Virus record (IMG/VR): IMGVR_UViG_2061766007_000547
Length of the DNA: 64,000 nucleotides
Reading direction: 5' to 3' (one strand)
Source of the DNA: an uncultured virus (IMG/VR IMGVR_UViG_2061766007_000547)
Lineage: Duplodnaviria > Heunggongvirae > Uroviricota > Caudoviricetes
The notes under the pieces were generated by a model. The model was not told the DNA's origin. It was given only the letters and a program-made list of their open reading frames with translations, and searched no databases. Positions 51,826-63,397 of this stretch are shown in pieces (the stretch's first letter is position 1; every line of letters starts with the position of its first letter). The translations under genes and the position numbers were made by a program.

Positions 51826-52723
51826 GTAATTTATTCTTCGTCTTTCTTAGGACTGAAGAATTTTTCGATATCTTCCTTGAACTGCTCAACAAGCTGTTCT
51901 TCTGTTCTCGGATATATATTGCAGTCTCCGTAGTTTCTGTCGTATCCAAGACAAACCAGAACTTTCTTTCCGATTAGCTCGTCAGTTATACTTTCGATGC
52001 CCGCCATATCATATGCCTTAATAAACATCTTGACAGTATGCAGATCGTCTGCGTTCTTGATTTCAATGACTGCCAGCATAAACTCTTCGCTTCCATATCC
52101 GAAGCGTTCCCATATGCCGCACTCAGCGAATGGCTCTCCGATCATCAGCTGCTTAAGATCATGCAGTATAACTCCCCTTGCAGTTTCCTCATACTTCTTG
52201 CATTCCTCTTCTGTTGCAAAAACATGCCCATCATCTGCCTCATATCCTGTGATAATTTCTTCTGTCTTTGTGTACTTAAGTGTTTTCATGCTTTAGCCTC
52301 CTTTGTTATGCTACGTTTGACCATTTGCCGTTTTCAAAATGAAGAACAGCTTCGTACTCACTACGCTCAAAGATTTCGATGCAACCTGAACTTTCTATAT
52401 CATATTTTTCACATTCTGCCTTAATTGCTTCAAGATCTGTGGTGGAAGTTATCGGAGTCATATACGTAGGCTCGCCTTTTTCACGCTGGACTGCATTTCT
52501 CCATACTACAATTCCATATTCAGTCGTAAGAGTATAAGCATGTCCGTCAAAATAATAGGTATCTCCATTTTTGGCTGTTTTTAACCATTTGTTCATGTTA
52601 GATAAGTAACTTCTCATTGTCTTTTTTGTAATAAAGTTACAGCAGCAATATCCTCTTAATAGTTCTTCAAATGCGTCTTTGATTTTCTGTTTTGTCATGT
52701 TATCCCTCCTTTAAAATATTGGC

Positions 52724-52794
52724 TAGAGTGCATTTATACTCCCTAGGCGCCACCCCCATACAGCTTCCGTCTGTATGCCTTAAGAGACGGCTTG
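52724..52794 (-). ncRNA. Structured intergenic motif, copy 2
   Basis: Conserved with 51752-51825; covarying stem. Confidence 0.65.
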
Positions 52795-53071
52795 ATGACC
52801 TGTCAGTTCTCGTCCAGACCTTCGGGACACTGCTCTACAGCGTGAATTTCCTTTTCACATTCGTCACATATCCACTCTCCGTTATCGCCTGCTACAAGTG
52901 CTATACAGTCCTGACATCTTATTTGTTTGCTGTCCATATTATCTCCTTCCAACGGACACTCCTCGTCCGTTATGTTATGTATTTCGTCCATACATTCAGT
53001 GCAGAGCCAGTTGCCCTCTTCGTCCTGCTCACAATAGCTGCACTTTTTACATCTGACCATTTCCTTTGTGG

Positions 53072-54856
53072 TCATGACACTCCCTCCTCTTCTTCATTTT
53101 CTTCCAGTTCGTCGGCATGCTCTTCATCATAGTCGTATGTAAACCACCTCTCTTTGATGTCGCTCCAGTATGCATTCTCACGCTGCATCCATACGCAATA
53201 ACCATCTTCATCGTAAGCACATATATTACCATCGGCTTTTGCATTATACTCTGAAACATAACAAAAGCCCTCTTCTGTACGTACTGCTAAGCTGTCGTCG
53301 TAATAATAACATTCGTCATAATCATCAACAAAATAATCTTCCGTTGATGACCATTCATCTGCGTCTGACATATAATGAACACCATCACGCTCTGCACAAC
53401 TTTCGCAACAATACCAATATCCTGTGGCTCGATCATAAACGGCATCGTTGTTATCTTCTATACTAAACGAATCGCCGCAACGATTACACTCTTCTAACTC
53501 CTCACTACCGTCGGCATATCCCTCATCGCGACAATATTCGCATACGAGGTATTCATTCTCTGAATGTTCATCTCCGCAAACGGGACAGATTGGACGATGT
53601 CCTACATATATTGTCGTATCCGTATTTTCCGCCTTGTTAATCGACACATTTACATCATCATAACACTCATAATCCCTGTAATGTGTTGAACCGCTGGCGG
53701 TTGTAATATAACTGCTGGTTTCTCCGCTTCCCTTTTTAAGCACCCAGTTGTTTGGAATGTCCCAGCACTGAGCGACTATATCCTGCATAATCGCTCTGAA
53801 CTGTGTAGCGATTCCCTTTTCTCCGCCGTCTCTGCCGTCTGGATATACGCGGCTTTCCACAAGGAGATTTCCGTTGGGGCTAACATAGAAGCAACATCTA
53901 CGGATCTTGTCTGCTTTCCACATCTGCTTTGTATTATCATATTCCTTTTCAACAGTGTAGAAAATCATTGTTGATTCATCAAGGGCATATGATAATGTGC
54001 CTGAACAGTAGCAGCCACCATAATTTCCAGGTGCCTTTCTTCTGTTCTTTTTGTCGATTGTATGACACGAAGCGTAATTCCTGCCAAATGCCATTGTAAG
54101 ATAATCAAGTACGTTAATGCTGATTATCGTATAGGTTTCGTACTTTAACGGGTTGAAACCATCAAAGAGGATAGCAGACTTACGGTTCCATTCTGCATGC
54201 TGGTCTAAGCCAATCTTCTTTGCGATTGCGTTGACAACCTTTGAGCACTTCTGCCCGTTGACGCAGTTAACATCGGGGAAATATTTCTTGACTTCTTCCC
54301 TTACGTCGTCTGTAACAAGCTGTTCACTTGTATCGCGCATTACACAAATGACCTTATATAAATTTTCATATGTCATTATGTAATCATATTCCTCCTGTGT
54401 TACAGGATAGCTACGATAGAACTTTTTATCGCGTTCAAGTTCTTGAATTTTCGCATAGACTTCCAAATACTCAGCATAAGCCTCACCACGCTGAAGCAAT
54501 ACATCATAAGTCTGTTCTTCTGCGTAGGAAAGCATCAGCCGCTTCTTCCTCCAATAGCTCAGTTCGCTATGGAGCTTATTGTTCTGCTGAGTTGTTGATA
54601 ACAGCTGGCACTTTGTCTGAGTAACTTCAAACAACCAGTCAAGGAATGTTTCGATACGTGTCTTATCGAAATCCCTTGAATATTCTGCCTTGAGCACGAT
54701 CGCCTGCTGTTCCTCGTCCCAGTATGGCGATTTTCTCAGATGTTCTCTGAGGTTATTTTTTGCCTCCCATGTTTCTGTGTCGATTTTTTCTACACCTTTA
54801 TCGGTGTATGCGTGATCGTAATCACCCAATAAATAAGCAATGTCTGTTTCGTACAT
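53072..54856 (-). CDS. Large hypothetical protein with SCHTID domain and Cys/acidic repeats (paralogue B)
   Basis: DYLTMAFG..ASCHTID, GCYCSGT.SY.LD, RVYPDGRD, CxxC arrays. Confidence 0.85.
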   Translation of the reverse strand: MYETDIAYLLGDYDHAYTDKGVEKIDTETWEAKNNLREHLRKSPYWDEEQQAIVLKAEYSRDFDKTRIETFLDWLFEVTQTKCQLLSTTQQNNKLHSELSYWRKKRLMLSYAEEQTYDVLLQRGEAYAEYLEVYAKIQELERDKKFYRSYPVTQEEYDYIMTYENLYKVICVMRDTSEQLVTDDVREEVKKYFPDVNCVNGQKCSKVVNAIAKKIGLDQHAEWNRKSAILFDGFNPLKYETYTIISINVLDYLTMAFGRNYASCHTIDKKNRRKAPGNYGGCYCSGTLSYALDESTMIFYTVEKEYDNTKQMWKADKIRRCCFYVSPNGNLLVESRVYPDGRDGGEKGIATQFRAIMQDIVAQCWDIPNNWVLKKGSGETSSYITTASGSTHYRDYECYDDVNVSINKAENTDTTIYVGHRPICPVCGDEHSENEYLVCEYCRDEGYADGSEELEECNRCGDSFSIEDNNDAVYDRATGYWYCCESCAERDGVHYMSDADEWSSTEDYFVDDYDECYYYDDSLAVRTEEGFCYVSEYNAKADGNICAYDEDGYCVWMQRENAYWSDIKERWFTYDYDEEHADELEENEEEEGVS

Positions 54857-54989
54857 AAACTTTACCTCCTTTTAGCCTGTTCTTTTTCATCATGCAATAG
54901 CCAACCAATAACTAAACCTATGATATACAATATTCCCGCGCCGATTAGCTCCATACGCTACCTCCTTAAAATGTGTTGTATCTTTGCCA

Positions 54990-55982
54990 TCACATCAATC
55001 CCATTCTTTTTTTATCTCTGTACCACGACCAATAGTCGTCGTCAGATGCCGTATCCAGATAGCACTGCAGGACATTTCCGTATGGTAGTGTCGGGTGATC
55101 TTCAGCCCAATAGCCAATCGCCTCTATTCTGGACATTGCCTCGTAAATTTCTTCCTGATTTTCGAGGTTCTCGTCGATATATTCGACGATATATACATCA
55201 TCATAATACCAGTGTTCATATGATGATCTCTTATTGCTGTATAATGATGTATATACGGGTTTATATTCTATGTACTCAAATTGTTCTACATCCGCAGCTG
55301 CCTTGATTAATTTTTCTGCGGCGTCGATTGCTGCAATCATTTCTTCCCATACAACATATTCATCTGTCGTATGTGCCTTATAATATCCACAACTGAGATT
55401 GACACCAGCAATCCCCGTTTCTGGACAGAAGTTGCTTATATCTGAGAACGATCCGTGATCTTCTTTCCAGCCCGTTACCTTTGCGCACCACTCATGGAAC
55501 TCCTTATTATTATCGTAGTAGTACACAAGATCATCTGCGTGTGCTCTGTCTAACTCAATAAAGAATTTCTCTGCGCCAAGCATTGTCAGCATAGTTTTGT
55601 TCCTGCATAATAGGTCACTACCTACACCGCCAACTTCCTCGTCCTCGCAGAAGATAACAGTCGGTCTTAACCCTCGTTCAGCTATGAGCCGCTGTATCAT
55701 ATAGACACCACAACGATCGTCACCTCCTATCCCTTGTGGTGACGATATGATTGTTGCTGTGCCGTCGTTTGTGATATCCACACGCTGCACTGGAGTAGGA
55801 TGTACTGTATCCATATGAGCTGTGACTACCACGCCTGCGCTTCCCTCTGCGTAGATATATCCGTCTGCAACGATTGGCTTATATCCGTTGCATTTTAACC
55901 ATTCAGGCAGATACACCTTTAACTGATCCTGTGTCATTTTGCAAATTTCGATAAAATGTTTAATTCCCTTCTTTAACCTCAT
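54990..55982 (-). CDS. M28-like zinc peptidase
   Basis: AHMDTV, GGDDRCGV, EDEEVGG, ELDR, SFSDI, GYYKAHT. Confidence 0.88.
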   Translation of the reverse strand: MRLKKGIKHFIEICKMTQDQLKVYLPEWLKCNGYKPIVADGYIYAEGSAGVVVTAHMDTVHPTPVQRVDITNDGTATIISSPQGIGGDDRCGVYMIQRLIAERGLRPTVIFCEDEEVGGVGSDLLCRNKTMLTMLGAEKFFIELDRAHADDLVYYYDNNKEFHEWCAKVTGWKEDHGSFSDISNFCPETGIAGVNLSCGYYKAHTTDEYVVWEEMIAAIDAAEKLIKAAADVEQFEYIEYKPVYTSLYSNKRSSYEHWYYDDVYIVEYIDENLENQEEIYEAMSRIEAIGYWAEDHPTLPYGNVLQCYLDTASDDDYWSWYRDKKRMGLM

Positions 55983-57736
55983 ACAACCGCCTCCTCTTCT
56001 TCTGTGCTATCCTGTTCTTCATCAGGATATGTATAGTAACAATCGTCTCTATGCCTATAGAGATCGTCAATAGGATACCAGTGGTAGTCATCACACGCCA
56101 TTTCGTATCCCATCTCATATGCATTATCATCACAACTGAAGGTGTGTCCATCTTCAGTTTCGATGTATGGAGTACCAGCGTAGTAGTGGTCGTTATACGA
56201 ATCAATATACCACTCATCACGCCAATCCTCTGTATCCTCACAGTAACGATAACCATCCCTTTGAGCACACTCATAATCGCAATAGATGCGATCGTCATAT
56301 GTTGTGATATAGTCATAGCTAGTTTCTTCGTCGATGACCGCACCGCAGTTATAACACGTGGTTTCTTCCACTCCATCGGTACATCGAGTGCAACAAATGT
56401 TATCATTTCTCGTATGCGTTTTACCGCACTGTGGACAGATCGGCTTAGCTCCGATATACACTTGCGGCATACGTTCAACAACTCCCTTGTTGACGCTGAC
56501 ATTACAGTCACTATAATGAAAATAGTCACTGTAATTTGTCTTTCCGTCATTCTCTGTGATGTAATCAGAACAGTTATCAGTGCCTTTCTTAACTTCCCAG
56601 TTGTTTGGCACTTCATAACATTCGCTGATTACATTCTGTACTATTTGTCTGAACTGCGGTGCATACGATGTATCATCGTCGTCTCTTGCGTCAGGATACA
56701 CCCTACCTTGCACAAGGACAGTACCGTCTACATTGACATGGAAGTTGCACCGCTTGATCTTATCTTCCATTTTACCTGTATATACGATGAATGTCGATTT
56801 GTCCAGCATGTAGCTTTCTGTTCCTGAGCTATAGCATCCATTGTATGTGTGCTCCCCGTTCAATTCATAACGGAGATTTTTTACATCAATGGTATGACAG
56901 CTCGACCAGTGGTGACCAAAGGACATTGTCCAATAGTCGAGCGGATTAAGACTGATGTACGTTTTCGCTATCACTTTAAGCGGATTGATAGCGTCTGCGA
57001 ACTGCGCGTATTCCTGTTCACACATCAGCTTTCCCTTGTCGTTTAGAGTTTTATCTTCAAACACTCCAAGCGGCGTCAGAAGCTTTTTTATAACTCGTGA
57101 AGTTTTTGCACCAATCGGCGCATCAAAATCACATGCTTCCTTAATCAGATCTTTTAATCTCTGATTAATTATATGCTCACCCTCTTCGATATCCTCAACG
57201 ACAGAAGATATCTTGCGCCACTGCAGGTATTTATTCCAATCTTCCTTACGCACCCAACTGTCGTGTCCATTATCCCACTGCAGCTGGTTAAAAATACTTA
57301 CCAATTCGCTTTGCTTTGCACCTGTTTCCATTAAGATATCATTAGGTATATCAACGCCCACTGATTTTAATGACGACAGAAGCGACATACATGTATTTAC
57401 GTTGTTTAAATTGCGCTTTAGATCGTAAATCTTCTCTCCATTGAAGTAGGTGATTTCGCAATTCGCAATCCATTTGCCTGCCTCGCGTCTCAAGTACTTT
57501 GCGTAATTTACGACATGTTTCTGATTAAATGTACGCAAATACTCTGCATCCAGTACAATCGCAAGACGCTGTTCATCCCAGTTAGGATGTTTACGGAACT
57601 TCTCAAGCAGCCCTGCGTTATTTTTTTCCCATGTGTAAATTATCGCATTAACTACGTCCCAGTCAATGTCATAGTCATACCGCTCAAGCAAGTTACATGC
57701 TTGATTTACTAAGTTTTCGCGTTCCATAATATTCAT
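55979..57736 (-). CDS. Large hypothetical protein with SCHTID domain and Cys/acidic repeats (paralogue A)
   Basis: DYWTMSFG..WSSCHTID, GCYSSGT.SY.LD, RVYPDARD, CxxC arrays. Confidence 0.85.
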   Translation of the reverse strand: MNIMERENLVNQACNLLERYDYDIDWDVVNAIIYTWEKNNAGLLEKFRKHPNWDEQRLAIVLDAEYLRTFNQKHVVNYAKYLRREAGKWIANCEITYFNGEKIYDLKRNLNNVNTCMSLLSSLKSVGVDIPNDILMETGAKQSELVSIFNQLQWDNGHDSWVRKEDWNKYLQWRKISSVVEDIEEGEHIINQRLKDLIKEACDFDAPIGAKTSRVIKKLLTPLGVFEDKTLNDKGKLMCEQEYAQFADAINPLKVIAKTYISLNPLDYWTMSFGHHWSSCHTIDVKNLRYELNGEHTYNGCYSSGTESYMLDKSTFIVYTGKMEDKIKRCNFHVNVDGTVLVQGRVYPDARDDDDTSYAPQFRQIVQNVISECYEVPNNWEVKKGTDNCSDYITENDGKTNYSDYFHYSDCNVSVNKGVVERMPQVYIGAKPICPQCGKTHTRNDNICCTRCTDGVEETTCYNCGAVIDEETSYDYITTYDDRIYCDYECAQRDGYRYCEDTEDWRDEWYIDSYNDHYYAGTPYIETEDGHTFSCDDNAYEMGYEMACDDYHWYPIDDLYRHRDDCYYTYPDEEQDSTEEEEAVV

Positions 57737-57921
57737 TATGCTTCACCCTCCTCTTCTTCAATAAAACTGCCTATGACCATCGCTACGACGATCAAACCAA
57801 TTCCCTTTGCCCATAACCATATCTGGTCGGACATCGGGGCTGTCGCCTCCGTTTCGCTAAACAGCAGGCACACGCCTGCCATTGCCATCAGGCAACATAA
57901 CCACATGAGCACCTTTTTCAT
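57736..57921 (-). CDS. Small two-TM membrane protein
   Basis: Two hydrophobic segments; first gene after the promoter. Confidence 0.7.
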   Translation of the reverse strand: MKKVLMWLCCLMAMAGVCLLFSETEATAPMSDQIWLWAKGIGLIVVAMVIGSFIEEEEGEA

Positions 57922-57944
57922 TCTATTTCTCCCTTCTGTACGTC

Positions 57945-57973
57945 ATTATAGACGTTTAATACATTTTTGTCAA
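57945..57973 (-). promoter_or_regulatory. Consensus sigma-A promoter
   Basis: Perfect TTGACA-17-TATAAT. Confidence 0.85.
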
Positions 57974-58631
57974 GGCGTATTTTTCGCCTTGTTATCTATT
58001 AGCAACTTTACATTAGCAAGAATTTCTTCGTTGCCTTGCTTTAACTTTTTAATGCCAGTCATTAGACGTTCGTTCTGCTCTGACAGCTTCTGCAAGCGCT
58101 GTTCTGACAATTCACATAGAATTGCCAGATCATTTACCAACCCGTCTATATCCTGTTGTCCCTTGACGTAGCGCATTAGAAACTCCGCTGCAAGTCCTGG
58201 GTGTCTGGCTGCGATTTCCTTTGCCTTTGTTCTGTTCATACAATTACCTCCTTTTCAAGCTGCGCTATACGCTCTTCTCTTACATCGCAGAGAATAGCCA
58301 AACAGTCAATTACATCAATAATTCTCACTTTTGGATCACGTGTGAGACTGCTAATAATGCTCGCTGCAAGTCCATGATGCTTGTCAGCGATTGCTTTTGC
58401 GTCTGTTCTTTTCATGACGTCACCTCTCTTTTACCACCACTGACCTGTGAATGCCAGTGAATCTATATCTACATTTTTATCACAGATAATATCATCTATA
58501 CCTTCTGTTGCTTCGCGATATGTATCCGCTGTGAAGATCATTTCCCTGTTATCATACACCTCATAGTGTCCATATATTTGGACTATGGTGTATCCCTCAT
58601 ATTTATATGTTCTGCCCATAACTATCCCTCC

Positions 58632-59000
58632 TTAACCTAATGCGTAACTTTCTACTCCGTTAGAATAACAACCGCTATATTTACTATCGATTGTGTGGCA
58701 ACTATGCCACGACTGCCCATAATCTATTACATATGATACTTTTGGCTGCATATAATCCCACTCTTGCTTACTGCGGGCATGCGGTCTCGCTTGTATATCT
58801 GGCGTATATTCGTATTCGACAGTTGGATAATGTGTGCATCTATATCCCCACTCCTCATCATAGTCATCTTTGCTTTCTTTGCGCCAAATGTCTATAGCTT
58901 CCGCTGGAGTATTTGCTTCCATAGTATATATCTCTGTTTCGTCGTCATACTCATAGTGATTACACCATTGTTCGATCACATATTTCTTTTTGAATGCCAT
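58632..59000 (-). CDS. Hypothetical protein ending in an isolated SCHTID/GCY motif
   Basis: C-terminus SWHSCHTIDSKYSGCYSNGVESYALG. Confidence 0.7.
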   Translation of the reverse strand: MAFKKKYVIEQWCNHYEYDDETEIYTMEANTPAEAIDIWRKESKDDYDEEWGYRCTHYPTVEYEYTPDIQARPHARSKQEWDYMQPKVSYVIDYGQSWHSCHTIDSKYSGCYSNGVESYALG

Positions 59001-60053
59001 TTATACCGCCTCCTTTTTCCAATTTCTTTTTATTAGCGCGTTTTCTGCCAGCGCTTTTGCAGACGTGTCAATTACTTTTTCTATTTCTTTTGAGAGTTTG
59101 CCATATTCACTCTCATATAGAGCCTCAACAACAAAATATGTATTCCATGAAGCTTCCTTTTGTGCTTGGAAATGCTTTATTTGAATATCGTCTGCCTGTC
59201 CTCTTGCAACAAGGATATCTATGACGGCTCTAGAAAAATTTATGTTGGCTTTTTCTACCAGCATAGACGTTATGAAGCGCTCCTTTAAAGGCATCTCTTT
59301 GAGTTCTGCTGTTGTTAGCACATTAAACATATTCATGATAATTTGCCCTCCTTTACAAACCAGTAACATTCAGGAAATCGCGTTTCCATATTTCTTGCAG
59401 CTTCTCTTGCGTCCATGTCGCATTTTGCAAAAATTTCCTTTTTGAATACCATTTTATCGGTACTCTTATTCTGAAACCAAATAGTAAATAACTTACTTTC
59501 TTGTAGTATAGTTGCCATATCAAGCAAGTTTTCTAAGTGCCACTGAGCCTCACCTATTTCGCCGCCCATTTCCATTGCGCCTAACGCTTCGGCTTGCTCT
59601 GCTAACTGCGATAATAATTTTATTGTTTTTTCTACCATATGTTTTCCTTCATTATCGCAAAGCATAACAATATAGTTGTCTTTATCACACGTCAAATCTA
59701 CTATCATACTTCTACCTCCTTTAAGGGCGTGATAGTGTACCACAATATATGATAATTATCATATCTGTTATCACCATAATCCTCAAAAGTATCATTGTAT
59801 TGCACATGAAATACGCGTTCTGTTTTTGCGCGCATTTCGTCATGCCAGCTGTCTAAAATGCCATCAGGATCGCCCTCAATCCATTCCAAATCTTTTGATA
59901 CACCATATATTCGAGTATGATATTTTTCTGGTGTATGATTTTTAATAAAATCTTTTGCCTTATTTTCCGTTTCGGCATATCCAATAGCATTGCTAATGTG
60001 CCTCCAATCGTAATCTTCTTCTCCGTTATCAAAATGCTCTTCAATTAAATAGA

Positions 60054-60622
60054 TCATACCTCTACCTCCTCCGTTATAATGGCGATGTCAAGTATATCCC
60101 GCAAAAAACTTGCCGCTTCTTCTAATTGCTCACTATCGTCACCGTCTACTAATGTTGACAGATAATATAAAAGTTCTATTGCATTTTGAGTTTGATCATA
60201 TTTTTCGCGCGTCAATTCAATTTCATTATAATTATCATAATCATCATCATAATANNNNNNNNNNNNNNNNNNNNNNNNNNNNNNNNNNNNNNNNNNNNNN
60301 NNNCGCAATCATCATCGTTGCAGCTATGCTTTTCAATATCCTGATCAATATTATATTTGCCGTTAGCATAATAAAAGAACCATGCTTTACCTAATGAAAT
60401 TCCTATGGTAATCGGAGCATAAGTAAAACGCTCTCCATGCGCTTCTGTTATACCGCTAGCGCAATAATCATATTTGCCGTCGTATAAGCTAATAGGCAAA
60501 TCTGGTCTGCCTTTGAGTGCCTCATAGATATCAGGTAGTATAGGCATAAAATCATCTTTGCCTATTAAAAATGGATCGAGAAATTCCTTGCATGCTTTTA
60601 ATAATTCTAAACCTTCGTTCAT
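60054..60622 (-). CDS. Hypothetical protein spanning an assembly gap (N at 60255-60303)
   Basis: Asp/Tyr-rich low-complexity codons on both sides of the gap; probably one gene. Confidence 0.55.
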
Positions 60623-61746
60623 ATTAGTCCGTCCTCCTTTATGTTAATTATAATTTCAGTTATTTCCAACCATTCTTCACGGGTGTAAATACCCCGTTTG
60701 TATCTTTTATCGGCAAGTTTAATTGCCTTATTACAGTTTTCGCCACACTCATCAATTAGAGAGTAGGCGTTTTTCTGTGCTATCGACATAATTTCACCTC
60801 CACTGCAAATCTAACAAACGCCTTGAGCTTTTTCTCTTGCTCAGACGTTATATCCTCTACGTACTTTGGACATTCTTTGCCTAAGATGACTTCCAGCATT
60901 TTGCGCTGTCCCTTAGGCAAGCCCTTGATTTTTGTTTTCATCTGTGATACCTCCTTCTGAGATATCTTAGATACCAATTATGTGGCATTTTCATTGTGTA
61001 TCACCTCCCTTATAGAAATAATATCCAGCCGATAAAGCCATCAACGCACTCCGTTGCAGGACGATAGGACACATTTTTGCCCTGTGCAACTAAAATAGCA
61101 ACCTCATCTAATAAGGTTGCCTTGTCTTTAAAATATTTCATGTTTATTTCCTTTCTACCAAATAGCGCAGCCGTACTTCAGATATACGACTGCCCTCTGC
61201 AGTTGTCCGTCCGTGACAGACACTTTCATTTGTCTTGCTACGGCGGACACTAACCGTTCGATACTTGCGTTGTCACTGCAACGCTTGTTCGCAAGGATTG
61301 CCTTGCATTTCTCTAAGACCTTACTCATAGCACACCTCATTATCGATCATTTCGGGCTTTCCATTGCGCCCATACATTGTGACGAAACTGCCCATTGTAT
61401 AGCATTCACACACGGCTACCTTTTCGCTATCCACAATAACAGCCTCTAAGCCATTATCATAGGGCAAGTACGGATAGTCGGCTTCGAGCTTCACGCCCTT
61501 TGCCTTTAAGAATTTCTTTACGCGGTTCATGCATTCACCTCCATTTTGTGCACTCTGTCCGATATACAGACAACCATTCTGCGCATAGTGCATGCATCAA
61601 GCTTTATCTTGAGCGCACGGCACTCAGCTATAACATACTTTGCAACCTGTTCCTTGCGTTCTCTTACACATAAGCCAGACAACTTCGCAAGGCGCTTTCC
61701 GTTTGTAACAATTCGCTTTGAAATAACGTCCATAATCATTCCTCCG

Positions 61747-61803
61747 TTTCCCTATGGATTGCCATTATATGTATGATTTCCCTATAGATTGCCATTATAT
61801 GTA
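61747..61803. repeat. 27-bp direct repeat x2 (30-bp period)
   Basis: TTTCCCTATRGATTGCCATTATATGTA at 61747 and 61777. Confidence 0.85.
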
Positions 61804-63363
61804 AATGCAATCTATACAAGTATGTAATATACATACTTTACAATGTGCATATTGATATAATATGCCCATTACAAAACGTGTATATTAACAATCGGAGCCT
61901 ATTATAAAAAACAGCTCCATGTTGTGTGCGGCTGGTATAAAATCAGCGGGCAAGTGCCGTAGTAGTGCGCAAGACTTGCCCGCCGTCGTTTCTATTATTA
62001 TCGTTATCACAGCCCTTGTGCCTCACATAACTCCATCATTTCGTGCTGCGTGAGCTTTTTCGTCAATTCACACCACTCGTCCGTGAGCTTCTGGAGTAGG
62101 TATGAATGCGTGGTTATTGCATTCCAGCCACTACACTTCATAAGTGCATCTTCTTGCACCTTAATTTTAACCTCTAAATCCATAATCTTTTTAACACGCC
62201 CACTCATAATCTAAACCTCCCACTTATCCCCTTTATCATGTTATTTATCCTCCAATTAACACATGTTTCTTACATCATGCATAACACGGCTTATCTCGGC
62301 ATATGTATCAGCATTATTTATGCGCTGTATAAAGTCAAGACGTGTTTCTAATGTATGATGTGCCAATAGCTCATTTATTGCTATACAAGCAAAACGCTTA
62401 CTCGATCTTATTCCATGTATATCTTCATAGCTCATAATTATACCTCCTACAGATAATGTGCGCCACTATTGCGAACCACAGGGTGCGCCAACTTAATCTC
62501 ATAATAATTGCGCGTAGATTTTACCATGCACATATTGCACTCTGCCTCCTGCGCACGTCTTAATAATATACGGCTTGCCAATACAATATCACCACTTGAT
62601 ACAATGCGCCTCTGGCGTCTTGATAATGCGCGTCTTATTGCACACTTCGCGCTTTCCATTTGAGCCGATGATGTGAGCACAATGCCCTGCGCGATAACCT
62701 TATTGATTGCGTCAACTAATGCTTTTTGCATAATGATCCCTCCTTATTATCCTCTGCCATATAAATCAGCGGTCTGCTCACCTTTGCGATGATAATATAC
62801 GCCGTTTTCATACTTCTCACACTCAAAGCCATCGAATACCATGCACACATGCGCATCGTCCTCATGCTCAAACGTATAACTCTTAGTCACGTTGCCCACT
62901 GCGTCTTTATAATCAATAACCCATTCTCTAATTATCATAGTAATACCAACCTTTCATAATATGTGCATGTGCTCAATATGGTGAATTGAGTGTCAACGCG
63001 CCACTTTCAACGTCAAACTCAAGGTGTAACAGGCTGCCGTCTGGATACGATATATCGCACACTTTACACGCAACCTTATTATCTTCGCCGTATGCTTCAT
63101 AGATAGCGCAATAGTAACCAGCCCTCTCAGCATGTAAGCGCACATAATCCAACTTAACACATTCTGACGCCCTCTCAGATAAAGCGTCCAACTTCTCAGA
63201 TATCACACATGATAATCTTGCCATAATATATACCTCCTCTGCGGCTTTGAGCCTTGCGCGTGTCGTTATGAAACAAGCCCTCACGCCGTGTTTTAAAAAA
63301 TACGCGTCCACGCCATGTATAATAAAAAATAACCAAATGTGCGCGTACACACGCGCGCGCACG

Positions 63364-63397
63364 AAAAAAAGGCAAACGGGGCAAAAGCCCCGTCGCC
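63364..63397 (-). terminator. Rho-independent terminator
   Basis: GGCGACGGGGC-TTTT-GCCCCGTTTGCC followed by T7. Confidence 0.8.

Noticed and set aside
55960..56827. Long overlapping ORFs 56051..56827 (+) and 55960..56616 (-)
   Set aside because: Shadow or alternative frames of the Cys/Asp/Tyr-rich tail of 55979..57736; other + strand ORFs beyond 5.6 kb were treated the same way
60054..60622. Two genes or a programmed frameshift
   Set aside because: The frame change coincides with an N gap of estimated length in low-complexity sequence
61747..61803. Mini-CRISPR array
   Set aside because: Only two repeats separated by 3 bp; no spacer
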